Below are positions 22,234-32,718 of a stretch of 64,000 nucleotides of DNA, piece after piece; position 1 is the stretch's first letter, and every line of letters starts with the position of its first letter. The stretch covers positions 31,297 through 95,296 of the forward strand of contig RZZS01000001.1 of the NCBI GenBank assembly GCA_009929775.1. The letters are read 5' to 3'. This stretch comes from Alphaproteobacteria bacterium (GTDB lineage: Bacteria; Pseudomonadota; Alphaproteobacteria; Micavibrionales; Micavibrionaceae). The notes below the pieces were generated by a model. The model was not told where the DNA came from. It saw only the letters and a program-made list of their open reading frames with translations, and did not search any database. The translations under genes were made by a program, and so were the position numbers.

Positions 22234-24138
22234 ATGCACATCGGCGAGACCAATCTGACGAAACATGACATTTACCTCTTCAACGAAGGCCGTCATTTTC
22301 ACATTTATAATATGCTGGGGGCTCAACGGCCCAAGGATGGCCGGGAGGGCGTGCATTTTGCGGTCTGGGCGCCGAATGCGAAAAAGGTCTCAGTGATTGG
22401 CGATTTCAATGGCTGGGATCCGGACAGGCACGACCTTCATCCGGTCGAGAGCTCTGGCATCTGGGCCGGGATGGTCCCGGAGGCGAAGCTGGGCGACGTC
22501 TATAAGTATTACGTGCGTTCTCACCATAACGACCATGTCGAGCAAAAAGCGGACCCTGTCGGTTTCTGCACGGAATGTCCGCCGAAAAGCGCGTCTGTCG
22601 TCTGGGATCTCAGCTACGATTGGAACGACGGGGAATGGATGGAAGCGCGCAAGACGTTCGATCCCCAGCGCAAGCCGGTCTCCATATACGAAATGCACCT
22701 CGGCAGCTGGAAGCGGCGTGGCGAGGATGAAGATTATCGCTCGCTCTCCTATCACGAGATCGCCGACGAGCTGATACCCTACCTGAAGGAAATGAACTAT
22801 ACGCATGTCGAGTTCATGCCGGTCATGGAGCATCCGTTCTATGGTTCATGGGGTTATCAGGTTACGGGTTATTTCGCCCCGACCCGCCGTTATGGCGATC
22901 CGCAGCTTCTGATGGAGCTGATCGACCGGCTGCATCAGGAAGGAATAGGTGTTATTCTCGACTGGGTTCCTTCGCACTTTCCGACTGACGGGCACGGGCT
23001 CGGTTTTTTCGACGGAACGCACCTGTACGAGCATTCGGACCCGCGCAAGGGATTTCATCCTGACTGGTCGAGCTGGATTTTCAACTACGGGCGCGACGAG
23101 GTTCGCAGTTTTCTGATTTCGAGCGCTATGTTCTGGCTTGAGAAATACCATGTCGACGGGTTACGCGTGGACGGCGTTGCCTCGATCATCTACCTCGATT
23201 ATTCACGTCAGGACGGGGAGTGGATTCCGAACCAGTACGGCGGTAACGAGAACCTCGAAGCGCTGCGTTTTCTGCGCGAACTCAACGAGACTGTCTATGC
23301 CCACTTCCCTGGCATCCAGATGATCGCGGAAGAGTCGACTGCCTGGCCGATGGTTTCGAAGCCGACCAGCATCGGCGGGCTAGGCTTCGGTATGAAGTGG
23401 GATATGGGCTGGATGCACGACACGCTTGAATATTTCCGCAAGGAGCCCATTCACCGCAAATATCACCAGAATGACATCACCTTCCGGTCGATATACCAGT
23501 TCCATGAGAATTTCGTCCTCTCGCTTTCGCACGACGAAGTTGTGCACGGCAAAGGGTCGTTGATGGAAAAGATGCCGGGCGATGACTGGCAGCGATTTGC
23601 GAACCTGCGTTGCCTTTATGCCTATATGTATGCGCAGTCGGGCAAGAAACTGCTCTTCATGGGCGGCGATTACGGGCAGTGGGAGGAATGGAAGCACGAT
23701 CAGAGTCTCAATTGGCACCAGCTTGACTACGCGCCGCATCAGCAGATCCAGCGCTGTATGCAGGATCTTAATGCCGTGTACCGGGACGAGCGCGCCATGC
23801 ACGAGCTCGATTTCGAATCGCGCGGCTTCGAGTGGATCGACGCTTCGGACTACGAGAGCAGCGTGCTGAGTTTCGTACGCAAGCCTATCGGGGGTCAGGA
23901 AATGATCCTGTGCGCCTTCAACTTCACTCCCGTTCTGCGGGAAGGATACCGGATCGGAGCACCGATGCCCGGCGAATGGGTTGAAATTTTCAACAGCGAC
24001 AGCGAGAATTACGGAGGCGGTGACAATCTCAACGGCATCAAGGAAACGAGCATCGGAGAGCATCACGGTCGACCGCAATATCTTGACCTTACTCTACCCC
24101 CACTGGGAGCGACATTCTTAAAATGGAAGAGCGAATAG
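22234..24138 (+). CDS. glgB: 1,4-alpha-glucan branching enzyme GlgB (short form)
   Basis: GVILDWVPSHF, GLRVDGVASIIYLDY, IAEESTAWP and LSHDEVVHGK. Confidence 0.9.
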   Translation: MHIGETNLTKHDIYLFNEGRHFHIYNMLGAQRPKDGREGVHFAVWAPNAKKVSVIGDFNGWDPDRHDLHPVESSGIWAGMVPEAKLGDVYKYYVRSHHNDHVEQKADPVGFCTECPPKSASVVWDLSYDWNDGEWMEARKTFDPQRKPVSIYEMHLGSWKRRGEDEDYRSLSYHEIADELIPYLKEMNYTHVEFMPVMEHPFYGSWGYQVTGYFAPTRRYGDPQLLMELIDRLHQEGIGVILDWVPSHFPTDGHGLGFFDGTHLYEHSDPRKGFHPDWSSWIFNYGRDEVRSFLISSAMFWLEKYHVDGLRVDGVASIIYLDYSRQDGEWIPNQYGGNENLEALRFLRELNETVYAHFPGIQMIAEESTAWPMVSKPTSIGGLGFGMKWDMGWMHDTLEYFRKEPIHRKYHQNDITFRSIYQFHENFVLSLSHDEVVHGKGSLMEKMPGDDWQRFANLRCLYAYMYAQSGKKLLFMGGDYGQWEEWKHDQSLNWHQLDYAPHQQIQRCMQDLNAVYRDERAMHELDFESRGFEWIDASDYESSVLSFVRKPIGGQEMILCAFNFTPVLREGYRIGAPMPGEWVEIFNSDSENYGGGDNLNGIKETSIGEHHGRPQYLDLTLPPLGATFLKWKSE

Positions 24139-26006
24139 CGACGCGATTGCGCCAGTTCACCACACCGTCCGAACGGCTTGGCGCAACCTGTGTTCCGAAT
24201 GAGGGAACCTATGTCAGGGTCTGGGCTACGAAAGCCCAGACCGTTTCCGTCATATGGGTCGGCAAAGACGGTGCGGAGAGCAAGCCTGAGCCGCTCGAGG
24301 CGGAAGAGCGCTGCTACTATGCAGGGTTTTTCCCGGGGCGAAAGGAAGGTGATCGCTATTTTCTCCTCTTTGACGGCGCGCGGAAGATCCCCGATCCCGC
24401 ATCGCGATACCAGCCGGAGGGAATCTACGGTCCATCGGAAGTGGTTTCCATTGAGTATGGCTGGACCGACAGCGAATGGCGGGGGCTTCCGTTTTCGGAA
24501 TGGGTGATATACGAACTTCACACCGGGACCTTTTCGGACAAAGGCACGTTCGAAGGGGTCATTGAAGATCTGCCGCGCTTGCGTGACCTCGGGATCACGA
24601 CGCTCGAGATCATGCCGGTTGCCCAGTTTCCAGGTAAACGCAACTGGGGCTATGACGGGGTCTTTCCCCATGCCGTGCAGAACAGCTACGGCGGGCCGGA
24701 GAACCTCAAGAAGCTCGTCGACGAGGCGCACCGGCATGGTCTCGCCGTCATTCTGGACGTTGTTTACAACCACCTCGGACCGGAGGGGAACGTCCTCTAC
24801 CAATGCGGGGACTATACGCAAAGCCGTTACAATACCCCGTGGGGGCAGGCGATCAATTTCGACGGGCCGTGGAGCGACGAAGTCCGGCGCTATTTTCTTC
24901 AGACCGTCTGGCAGTGGCTTACAGAATTTCACCTCGACGGTCTGCGGTTGGATGCGATCCAGACCATTTTCGATACATCGCCCGTTCCGTTTCTCGAAGA
25001 GCTTTCCGTTCTCAAGGAGGAGGCGGAGAAAGTCGTCCGGCGGTCTCTTAACATCATTGCGGAAACCGACACGAACGACTCACGGATATTGATTCCCGCG
25101 CGGCAGGGCGGAATTGGCATGGACGCCCACTGGAACGACGACTTGCATCATGCGCTGCATGCCTATCTGACCGGCGAGCGGGACGGTTATTATCTCGATT
25201 ACGGGAATATCGGACACATCGCCAAGATCTACCGGAACGGCGTATGTTATGATGGCGATTATTCCATCTACCACAAGAGCCGCCGGGGCCGTTCCTACGA
25301 GGGCGTCGATGCCCGCCGCCTTGTCGTCTCGTCGCAGAACCACGACCAGATCGGCAACCGCATGTACGGGCGGCGTCTATCCGGCCTTGTCGATTTTGAA
25401 AAGCTCAAGCTGGCAGCGGCCTGTATCTTTCTGTCGCCCTTCACGCCTTTTGTTTTTATGGGTGAGGAACTGGCGGCGAAAAACCCGTTCCTGTACTTCG
25501 TCGATCATACTGATCCGGATCTCGTGCGCGCTGTGCAGGAAGGTCGCAAGCGCGAGTTTTCTGCGTTCGCCTGGCGCGGCGAGCCGCCGGACCCGGCTGA
25601 TCCTGAAACCTTCAGGAAATGCGCGTTGACCGATAAAACCCCGGTAAAGAGCGAGTTGTCGGGCGTCATGACGGAATATTACCGGCGTTTGATCGTTATT
25701 TCGAAGGGACTCCGCAATCGCTATCTTTTGCATCCGGAGGGATACGACGTGGTCTTCAACGAGGATGCGAAGCAGGTCGCGTTGCAACGGGTCGATGGCA
25801 AGGAGTGTTTTGCCGTGATTTTCTCCTTTGGAGAACGTCAGGCGGAATGTGCGGTTACGGATGTTCGGGGCAGAAAATGGACGTCTGTTTTCCAAAGTCA
25901 GGATTTTCAGATCGGCGCGCTTGATTTTCCGGAAAAAAAGATTCAAGATGGTCTGCTGATCCTCGCGCCGTTCTCGGCATCGGTTCTTATCGAAACAAAA
26001 GAATAA
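24123..26006 (+). CDS. treZ: Malto-oligosyltrehalose trehalohydrolase TreZ
   Basis: VILDVVYNHLGPEGN, DGLRLDAIQTI, IAETDTND and QNHDQIGNR. Overlaps the glgB 3' end by 16 nt, so an internal start is possible. Confidence 0.85.
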   Translation: MEERIATRLRQFTTPSERLGATCVPNEGTYVRVWATKAQTVSVIWVGKDGAESKPEPLEAEERCYYAGFFPGRKEGDRYFLLFDGARKIPDPASRYQPEGIYGPSEVVSIEYGWTDSEWRGLPFSEWVIYELHTGTFSDKGTFEGVIEDLPRLRDLGITTLEIMPVAQFPGKRNWGYDGVFPHAVQNSYGGPENLKKLVDEAHRHGLAVILDVVYNHLGPEGNVLYQCGDYTQSRYNTPWGQAINFDGPWSDEVRRYFLQTVWQWLTEFHLDGLRLDAIQTIFDTSPVPFLEELSVLKEEAEKVVRRSLNIIAETDTNDSRILIPARQGGIGMDAHWNDDLHHALHAYLTGERDGYYLDYGNIGHIAKIYRNGVCYDGDYSIYHKSRRGRSYEGVDARRLVVSSQNHDQIGNRMYGRRLSGLVDFEKLKLAAACIFLSPFTPFVFMGEELAAKNPFLYFVDHTDPDLVRAVQEGRKREFSAFAWRGEPPDPADPETFRKCALTDKTPVKSELSGVMTEYYRRLIVISKGLRNRYLLHPEGYDVVFNEDAKQVALQRVDGKECFAVIFSFGERQAECAVTDVRGRKWTSVFQSQDFQIGALDFPEKKIQDGLLILAPFSASVLIETKE

Positions 26007-26012
26007 TCCAAC

Positions 26013-28445
26013 ATGACATCGAATAACCGCTTCGTCTGCATTCACTGTCACTTCTATCAGCCGCCGCGTGAAAATCCCTGGCTGGAGACAATCGAATATC
26101 AGGAATCCGCTTACCCGTTCCATGACTGGAACGAGCGTATCAGCGCGGAGTGCTACGGTCCGAACGGCCTGTCGCGCATCCTTGACGAGCAGGGGTGGGT
26201 AACGCGTCTTGTCAACAACTACTCGAAAATCAGCTTCAATTTCGGGCCGACGCTGCTTTCATGGCTCGAGAACAAGGATCCGGAAGTCTACGAGGCGATC
26301 CTTGAAGGCGACCGTCTGAGCCGTGAGCGCTATGGCGGGCATGGCAGCGCGATCGCGCAGGTCTACAATCACATGATCATGCCGCTCGCAACGCGGCAGG
26401 ACAAGGAAACCCAGGTTGTCTGGGGTTTGCGGGATTTCGAGAAGCGCTTTGGGCGCGAGCCGGAGGCGATGTGGCTTGCCGAGACGGCGGTTGACACGGA
26501 AACGCTCGAGGTTATTGCCGACTACGGGATGAAGTACGCAATCCTTGCGCCTCGTCAGGCGGCAGCCGTCCGTCCACTTGGAAAGGAAGGCGAGTGGCGG
26601 CAGATCGTGAACGAGAATGTCGATCCGAAGATCCCCTATCTTTGCAAGTTGCCTTCGGGTCGGACGATCGTCCTGTTTTTCTATGACGGGCCGATTTCCA
26701 AGGGCGTCGCGTTCGAGGGATTGCTCCACAACGGCGAGAAGCTCGCCAACCGGCTGATGAGCGGCTTTGGCGGCGGTGAGGCGAAGAGTCCGCAACTGCT
26801 TCACATCGCAACCGATGGCGAGACCTACGGGCACCATCACCGTAAGGGGGATATGGCGCTTGCCTATGCGCTCGACTACATTGAGGGCCAGGATCTTGCG
26901 ACCGTGACAAACTACGGGCAGTTTCTGGAGAGCAATCCGCCGCAGATGGAAGCTCGCATCCACGAGAATTCGTCCTGGAGCTGTGTGCATGGTGTGGAGC
27001 GCTGGCGGAGCGACTGTGGCTGTAACAGTGGCGGATATCCGAGCTGGAACCAGCAGTGGCGTGCGCCGCTACGAAATTCGTTCGACATGCTGCGCGACAA
27101 GCTCGGCGAAGCGTATGTCAAGTATATGAAGAAAATCACGGACGCCGATCCGTGGGCAATTCGCGACGATTATATTCGCATTATCATGAACCGCTCGGAC
27201 CGGAACCGGCGCGACTTCATCAAACAGTGGGTCAAGGATACGGACTTCCTTAAGAAGCATCCGGAGGAGCATCTCTGGAAAGCGCTGGAGGTGCAGCGAC
27301 ACCTTCTGCTGATGTACACCAGCTGTGCGTGGTTCTTTGATGAAATTTCGGGTCTTGAAACCGTTCAGAATCTTAAATACGCCGCGCGGGCCGTCGAGCT
27401 TGGCAAGGACGTGTTCGGATATGACCTGGAGGAAGAATTCCTCGCGCTACTGGAGAAGGCGCCGACTAACCTGAACTATCTTGATAACGGTCGCGATGTT
27501 TTCGAAAAGTACGTCAAACCTGCCTACGTTGATTTTCTAAAGGCGGCTGCCCATTTTGGCGTCATGGCGCTGTTTTCTGAAAAGGAAAGCTCGGGCGAGA
27601 TATACTGTTTCGATTTCAAGACCAATGATTTCGAGCGCTCTTATGCAGGGAGGACCCAGCTTCTTGTTGCGAATATGGAAATCATATCCCGGGTGACGCG
27701 CGAAAGCGAGCGAATCGAGTTCGTGGTTGTGCATCTCGGCGATCATAACATTAATGTCGGTGTGCGGCATTTTGCCGGCGAAGAGCATTACACAGGACTC
27801 AAGGAGGAGTTTGTCACCGCGTTTGACCGCGGCGATCTTGCGCAAACGGTGCGTCTGCTTGAGAAACATTTCCAGGATACCTTGTTCTCGCTCAAGGATT
27901 TGTTCAAGGATCAGCAGAAGGAAGCGATCGACGTCATTCTCAACCAGACCCTCAAGGCGATCGAAAGCCAGTTCTCGGACATTTACAAGCAGCACTATCC
28001 GATCATGTGCTACCTGTCGGATCTGAAGGTGAGCTTTCCGTCTCTGTTCCGTCACATCGCCGAATATGTGCAGAATAGCCAGATAAAGAGGGCGCTTACA
28101 CAGCCGGAAGTGTCTATTGATATGATCCGCGACCACGTCGAAGAGGCGCGGGAATGGGAGATCAAGCTCGACAAGTACGGCATTCAAAAAAGCTATATCG
28201 AGGCGCTTGAGCGTTTATTCGAGCAGTGCAAGCACAAGCCGGCGGATCTGGCGGCGCTGCGGCACTTCCATTTGCTCGTGGCTTCACTCCGTTCGATGCC
28301 GTTCGAGGTTGAGCTTGGACCGATCCAGAACGATTTTTACATGTGGTATTACCGCGAGAAAGACAACCATTTCGCCGAGCGGAAGGCCTGGCAGGAACTG
28401 ACGAGCGATATTGCGAACATCCTGAAGGTCCGCCTCTCGCTGTGA
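26013..28445 (+). CDS. GH57-family glycoside hydrolase with DUF3536-type C-terminal region
   Basis: GH57 conserved regions HCHFYQPPRE, MWLAETAV (nucleophile Glu codon at 26481..26483), IATDGETYGHH and SCAWFFDE. 810 aa. Confidence 0.85.
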   Translation: MTSNNRFVCIHCHFYQPPRENPWLETIEYQESAYPFHDWNERISAECYGPNGLSRILDEQGWVTRLVNNYSKISFNFGPTLLSWLENKDPEVYEAILEGDRLSRERYGGHGSAIAQVYNHMIMPLATRQDKETQVVWGLRDFEKRFGREPEAMWLAETAVDTETLEVIADYGMKYAILAPRQAAAVRPLGKEGEWRQIVNENVDPKIPYLCKLPSGRTIVLFFYDGPISKGVAFEGLLHNGEKLANRLMSGFGGGEAKSPQLLHIATDGETYGHHHRKGDMALAYALDYIEGQDLATVTNYGQFLESNPPQMEARIHENSSWSCVHGVERWRSDCGCNSGGYPSWNQQWRAPLRNSFDMLRDKLGEAYVKYMKKITDADPWAIRDDYIRIIMNRSDRNRRDFIKQWVKDTDFLKKHPEEHLWKALEVQRHLLLMYTSCAWFFDEISGLETVQNLKYAARAVELGKDVFGYDLEEEFLALLEKAPTNLNYLDNGRDVFEKYVKPAYVDFLKAAAHFGVMALFSEKESSGEIYCFDFKTNDFERSYAGRTQLLVANMEIISRVTRESERIEFVVVHLGDHNINVGVRHFAGEEHYTGLKEEFVTAFDRGDLAQTVRLLEKHFQDTLFSLKDLFKDQQKEAIDVILNQTLKAIESQFSDIYKQHYPIMCYLSDLKVSFPSLFRHIAEYVQNSQIKRALTQPEVSIDMIRDHVEEAREWEIKLDKYGIQKSYIEALERLFEQCKHKPADLAALRHFHLLVASLRSMPFEVELGPIQNDFYMWYYREKDNHFAERKAWQELTSDIANILKVRLSL

Positions 28446-28452
28446 GGGACGA

Positions 28453-30912
28453 ATGACAAAAGAACGGCCCGGCATTGCTGCCACCTATCGCGTTCAGCTG
28501 AACAAGGATTATACGCTCTGGGACCTGATCGGGGATGTGCCGTACATTCACCGGCTCGGGGTTTCTCACCTTTACCTTTCGCCGTTGTTCGAATCCGCGC
28601 CGGGAAGCAGTCACGGCTACGATGTCGTCGATCCCAACGTCGTGAGCCGCGAGCGGGGGGGTGAGGAGGCGTTCGCCGAGCTTGACCGACGGCTCCGGGC
28701 GTTCGATCCACCCATGAAGATCATACTCGATATCGTGCCCAACCATATGGCATGCCGCGGCGAAAATGTTTTCCTTTATGATGTTCTCAAGAGGGGTGGG
28801 GCGTCACCATACTGGACAGTATTCGATTTTTGGGTCGAGAGAGGGGAAAAAATCGAGCTTCCTGTGCTCGGGGACCATATGTCACCGTTGCTGGATGCTG
28901 GTGAGATCAGGGTTGTCCGGGATGTGGACCGCGGGTGGGAAGTGCGGTACTGGGACAGTTTTTTCCCTGTGCGCGAGGAAGATCAGGCGCGCTGTCATGC
29001 CGCCATGAAGCGCGCCGAAATTGCGGCACTCCTTGATAGTCAGTACTACCGTCTTGTGAAGTGGACCAGTGTCAACGAACGCATTCACTACCGCCGCTTT
29101 TTCGATATCTCTGGCCTGATCGGTCTGCGTGTGGAGGACCCAGTCGTATTCGATCTCGTTCATCGCAAGCTCTTCGCCATGATGGATGAATACACTACAA
29201 TTGCGGGTGTGCGTGTCGATCATGTTGACGGCATGGCATGGCCAGCGGGCTATTTGCACCGGCTTGCAAAAAAAATACCACTTATATGGGTGGAAAAAAT
29301 ACTTTGTGACGAAGAGACCCTTCCGAGCGACTGGCCGGTGGCGGGGACGACAGGATACGAGTTCATCGCCCGTACAAACGACCTGATGATTGACCCGCAA
29401 GGGTTTGAAAATATAAGAAAAGTATGGAAAGAGATTCAGCCGGGCCGGCGCCACTTCGACCAGACTGTTCGGGAGTCCAAGGCTGAGGCTCTCCAAATCC
29501 AGTTCCCGGCCGAAGTCGCGCGGCTTGTCAAGGCGGGCGGGCAAAGCGGTGAGTTCTGGATCGAGGCGACCACGGCGTTGCCGGTCTATCGCACTTATGT
29601 GCACAGCGGTGCGTTTAGTGCGCAGGATAGTGTGTATATTGAACATATCTCTAGCATCATTGGTGCTGAAGGCGTTCTTCAGCGCATGTCGCCCGAAAAT
29701 CCGGAGAACCATCCTGTTCTGGAGCAGTGGCAGCAACTGAGCGGTCCCGCGATGGCCAAGGGACTGGAAGACACCGCACACTATCGCTATACGCCTCTGG
29801 CCTGCCTGAACGAGGTCGGGTGCGAGGCACGAATTGGATCGCCTGGGCGCGACGCGTTTGTCGACTGGCTTGGCGATCGATCTGAGCAGTGGCCGCTTGC
29901 GATGAACGGATCGACAACGCACGACACGAAGCGCGGTGAGGATGTGCGGGCACGGCTGATGGCGCTTGCCGACATTCCCGGCGAGTGGGAAGCGTTCGTG
30001 CGGGACATGGGGGAACAAACGGCACGATTCAGGCAACTTCTTAAGGACGCTTTGCTTCCGTCGGAGGCGACCGCTTATTTTTACCTGCAAACGCTCGTCG
30101 GGGCGTGGCCGGTGCAGGGGGAAATCGATGACGCGTTCAAAGGCCGGATACGGGAGACCATGTTAAAGGCGGCCCGCGAGGCGAAGCTGGAGACGAACTG
30201 GCTATCGCCGAACTGCGCATATGAAGAAATTCTTGAAAGATATGTTTTTGAAACATTAGGTGATCGTTCATTTGTCGAGGCGGTAAGCGGCTTTTCTGGC
30301 CGGGTCATGCGGCTCGGCGGCTACAATTCTCTTGCGGCGCTGACCCTCAAGCTCATGGCGCCTGGGGTCCCGGACATATATCAGGGGAGTGAGCTGTGGA
30401 CTTTGTGCCTCGTCGACCCGGACAATCGCCGACCCGTCGATTATGCTGCGCGGCGCGCGGTTCTGGATTCGGTGGAAGCAGCGGACCCAACCGGGCTTTT
30501 TCGACTTTGGAAGGGCGGCGAGGTCAAGCTCTGGCTGCTCCATCGGCTGCTTAAGGCAAGGGGACGTCACCTCGACCTTCTGCTGGGCGTGCCCGATGTT
30601 CAACTGCTTCGCACGGAAGGCGAGCGTGCCGGGCAACTGCTGGCCTATTCGCTTTCCGTGAAGGAAGGCAGGCGGCCGGACATCCTCGTCGCGGTGGCGC
30701 TCAACGCCGCGAAATTTGGAACATGCGTCGCTGATGGGTTATTGTTGGAGGGGCGATGCTGGCAGGGAACGCTCGTTGACATTCCGACTGAGATGCTGCA
30801 TTGCCGCCTGAAAAATGTTCTTACCGGTGCTGAGCATGCCATCGATGGTCGCAAGGCCTCTGCTGCCATGCTGTTTGGCGATCTTCCCGTCGCCGTTTTT
30901 GAATTCGTTTGA
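28453..30912 (+). CDS. treY: Malto-oligosyltrehalose synthase TreY
   Basis: LYLSPLFESAPGSSHGYDVVD, ILDIVPNHMA, GVRVDHVDGM and TTHDTKRGEDVRAR. Confidence 0.85.
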   Translation: MTKERPGIAATYRVQLNKDYTLWDLIGDVPYIHRLGVSHLYLSPLFESAPGSSHGYDVVDPNVVSRERGGEEAFAELDRRLRAFDPPMKIILDIVPNHMACRGENVFLYDVLKRGGASPYWTVFDFWVERGEKIELPVLGDHMSPLLDAGEIRVVRDVDRGWEVRYWDSFFPVREEDQARCHAAMKRAEIAALLDSQYYRLVKWTSVNERIHYRRFFDISGLIGLRVEDPVVFDLVHRKLFAMMDEYTTIAGVRVDHVDGMAWPAGYLHRLAKKIPLIWVEKILCDEETLPSDWPVAGTTGYEFIARTNDLMIDPQGFENIRKVWKEIQPGRRHFDQTVRESKAEALQIQFPAEVARLVKAGGQSGEFWIEATTALPVYRTYVHSGAFSAQDSVYIEHISSIIGAEGVLQRMSPENPENHPVLEQWQQLSGPAMAKGLEDTAHYRYTPLACLNEVGCEARIGSPGRDAFVDWLGDRSEQWPLAMNGSTTHDTKRGEDVRARLMALADIPGEWEAFVRDMGEQTARFRQLLKDALLPSEATAYFYLQTLVGAWPVQGEIDDAFKGRIRETMLKAAREAKLETNWLSPNCAYEEILERYVFETLGDRSFVEAVSGFSGRVMRLGGYNSLAALTLKLMAPGVPDIYQGSELWTLCLVDPDNRRPVDYAARRAVLDSVEAADPTGLFRLWKGGEVKLWLLHRLLKARGRHLDLLLGVPDVQLLRTEGERAGQLLAYSLSVKEGRRPDILVAVALNAAKFGTCVADGLLLEGRCWQGTLVDIPTEMLHCRLKNVLTGAEHAIDGRKASAAMLFGDLPVAVFEFV

Positions 30913-30926
30913 TGGTGAATTTCAGG

Positions 30927-31289
30927 ATGCGCGAGTTTTTCCTGTTCGGGGCTTTGCTGGGTGCAGTTTTTCTGACGGGCTGCGTGCAACAGCGTTTCGA
31001 GTACATTCCGCCTGCCGGGGGGTCTGGCGCGGAATGCGCGCGGAAGTGCGAAGAGGATCACGAGATCTGCCGTGCGCAGGAAGGTGAGGTCTGGGACGAA
31101 TGCGCGGGATCGCGGTTTCCTGATCGCCGCTCTTTCGAGCAGTGCGAAGTGGCGCGCGGAAACGTTTCGGCTGACTGTCTTGCACCGCCCGCGTGTCCGC
31201 TGCCCGATCTGGATGGTTGCCGTGAGGTGTTCGATGCCTGTTGGCGCAGATGCGGGGGAGACGTTCGTTTGAAGGGGAAAGAAGAATGA
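30927..31289 (+). CDS. Cys-rich putative lipoprotein, function unknown
   Basis: MREFFLFGALLGAVFLTGC lipobox, followed by more than 10 Cys in about 100 aa. An alternative ATG at 30912 overlaps the treY stop. Confidence 0.55.
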   Translation: MREFFLFGALLGAVFLTGCVQQRFEYIPPAGGSGAECARKCEEDHEICRAQEGEVWDECAGSRFPDRRSFEQCEVARGNVSADCLAPPACPLPDLDGCREVFDACWRRCGGDVRLKGKEE

Positions 31290-31732
31290 CCGGGCGACGG
31301 GTAGGGATATTATTGTCGGTTATCGCCGCGAGCGCTATGTGGTGGCTGCCGCAGGCCGGGTGGGCAGAGGCGGAACAGGAACGTGTGGAACTTTTCCGCG
31401 AGACGATCGCGGTCGGCGCCCAGATCGACGCGATGGACGAGAAATGCCGTCGTCTCGAGGCCAAGGATACCAGCATGGATCGTCCGGTTGTCGAACAGGT
31501 GATGGAAGGTTTCGCACTTGAAGAGCCGTCGCCGGACCAGATCGCGCTATTACAGGAGTCTGCGGATGAAGCCTTCACCAGAAAAATGGAAGCGCTCGAC
31601 GCGCAGCCGGATGTCAAATGCGAGAGCTCGGACTTTTTGTGGGAAAAACATGCCCTGACGAAGACGTTGAGCGCCCGGCTCAAGAAAATCATCAAGTCTC
31701 GAGATGAGGCGAGCCAGCCGAAACCCCTTTGA
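31286..31732 (+). CDS. Secreted hypothetical protein
   Basis: Start at MTGRRVGILLSVIAASAMWWLPQAGWA (signal peptide). ATGA overlap with the preceding ORF. Confidence 0.5.
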   Translation: MTGRRVGILLSVIAASAMWWLPQAGWAEAEQERVELFRETIAVGAQIDAMDEKCRRLEAKDTSMDRPVVEQVMEGFALEEPSPDQIALLQESADEAFTRKMEALDAQPDVKCESSDFLWEKHALTKTLSARLKKIIKSRDEASQPKPL

Positions 31733-31753
31733 AAGCGGTTACCGATCCGGTAA

Positions 31754-32716
31754 TCAAGCCGCCCTGCGCTCGAAGCTGCACAGGACCGGAACGATGGCGA
31801 CAGGGCCGAGGTGGCGGGTGATCTGGCGGCTCAGGGATTTCAGTTCGCTGATGTAGAAATGGCGCAGCCCCGGGGTTTTTCGCCTCCGGTGGCAATAGCA
31901 GTCGAGCATGCATTTGAACTTGCGTATGCTCCGCAGTTCGACCCCGCAGGCACGGTCGGCTGATGAGCTCATCACCTGACGGATCGCGCAGATGTCCTCC
32001 GGCTCGAAAAAGGCGCATCCCATAAATTCATTCATGTTTTTTAGATGAATTGCGTTCCGGACGCTTTGTTCTTCGCGTGCGAAGCGAATCTGCAACGCTT
32101 CGTGATGCCAGCGACGTCGCACGAGGATGGCCTCGAGGTTAGACGCGCGGGTGATTCGCCGGGCGCGGTACCAGTAATCGAGATCGCAGGCGTCGTCAAG
32201 GGCCGGGTCGTATTCGAGATCGAACCCGTCGGCAAGGTCCTTGCGGAACATCTCTGTCGAGTGGACGAACGGCGGGCTCCAGAGCGCGGTCCATTCAAGC
32301 CGCAGCGGGTCGGATGGTTTGTGGACCTCGCGCTTGATGTTTCCGTGGGCGTCGAAATAAAGCGCGCCGCCGCCGACTATTCCGGTTTCCGGATGCCGGT
32401 CGAGAAAGGCGGCCTGCTGCTCCAGCCGCTCGGGGGTCGCGATGTCATCGGCGTCAATACGGGCAATGTATTGCGCCCTGCAGAGAGTCAGACCCCGGTT
32501 GAGGGATGCGGCCCTTCCCTGTCTCTCATTGTTGCGGACGACGCGCAATCGACAGTCGACGAACTTCGCAAGGACTTCGGGTGTGGAATCGTTCGAGGCG
32601 TCGTCGACAATGATGAATTCAAAATCCTCAAGGGTTTGATCCAAGATGCTGCGCACGGCTTCCGAAAGCCACGTCTCGCCATCGCGCACGGTCATCAGAA
32701 CACTGACTTTCGGCAT
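31754..32716 (-). CDS. Family 2 glycosyltransferase
   Basis: VLMTVRDGETWLSEAVRSILDQTLEDFEFIIVDDASNDST and ARIDADD (DXD). Confidence 0.85.
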   Translation of the reverse strand: MPKVSVLMTVRDGETWLSEAVRSILDQTLEDFEFIIVDDASNDSTPEVLAKFVDCRLRVVRNNERQGRAASLNRGLTLCRAQYIARIDADDIATPERLEQQAAFLDRHPETGIVGGGALYFDAHGNIKREVHKPSDPLRLEWTALWSPPFVHSTEMFRKDLADGFDLEYDPALDDACDLDYWYRARRITRASNLEAILVRRRWHHEALQIRFAREEQSVRNAIHLKNMNEFMGCAFFEPEDICAIRQVMSSSADRACGVELRSIRKFKCMLDCYCHRRRKTPGLRHFYISELKSLSRQITRHLGPVAIVPVLCSFERRAA

Positions 32717-32718
32717 TG

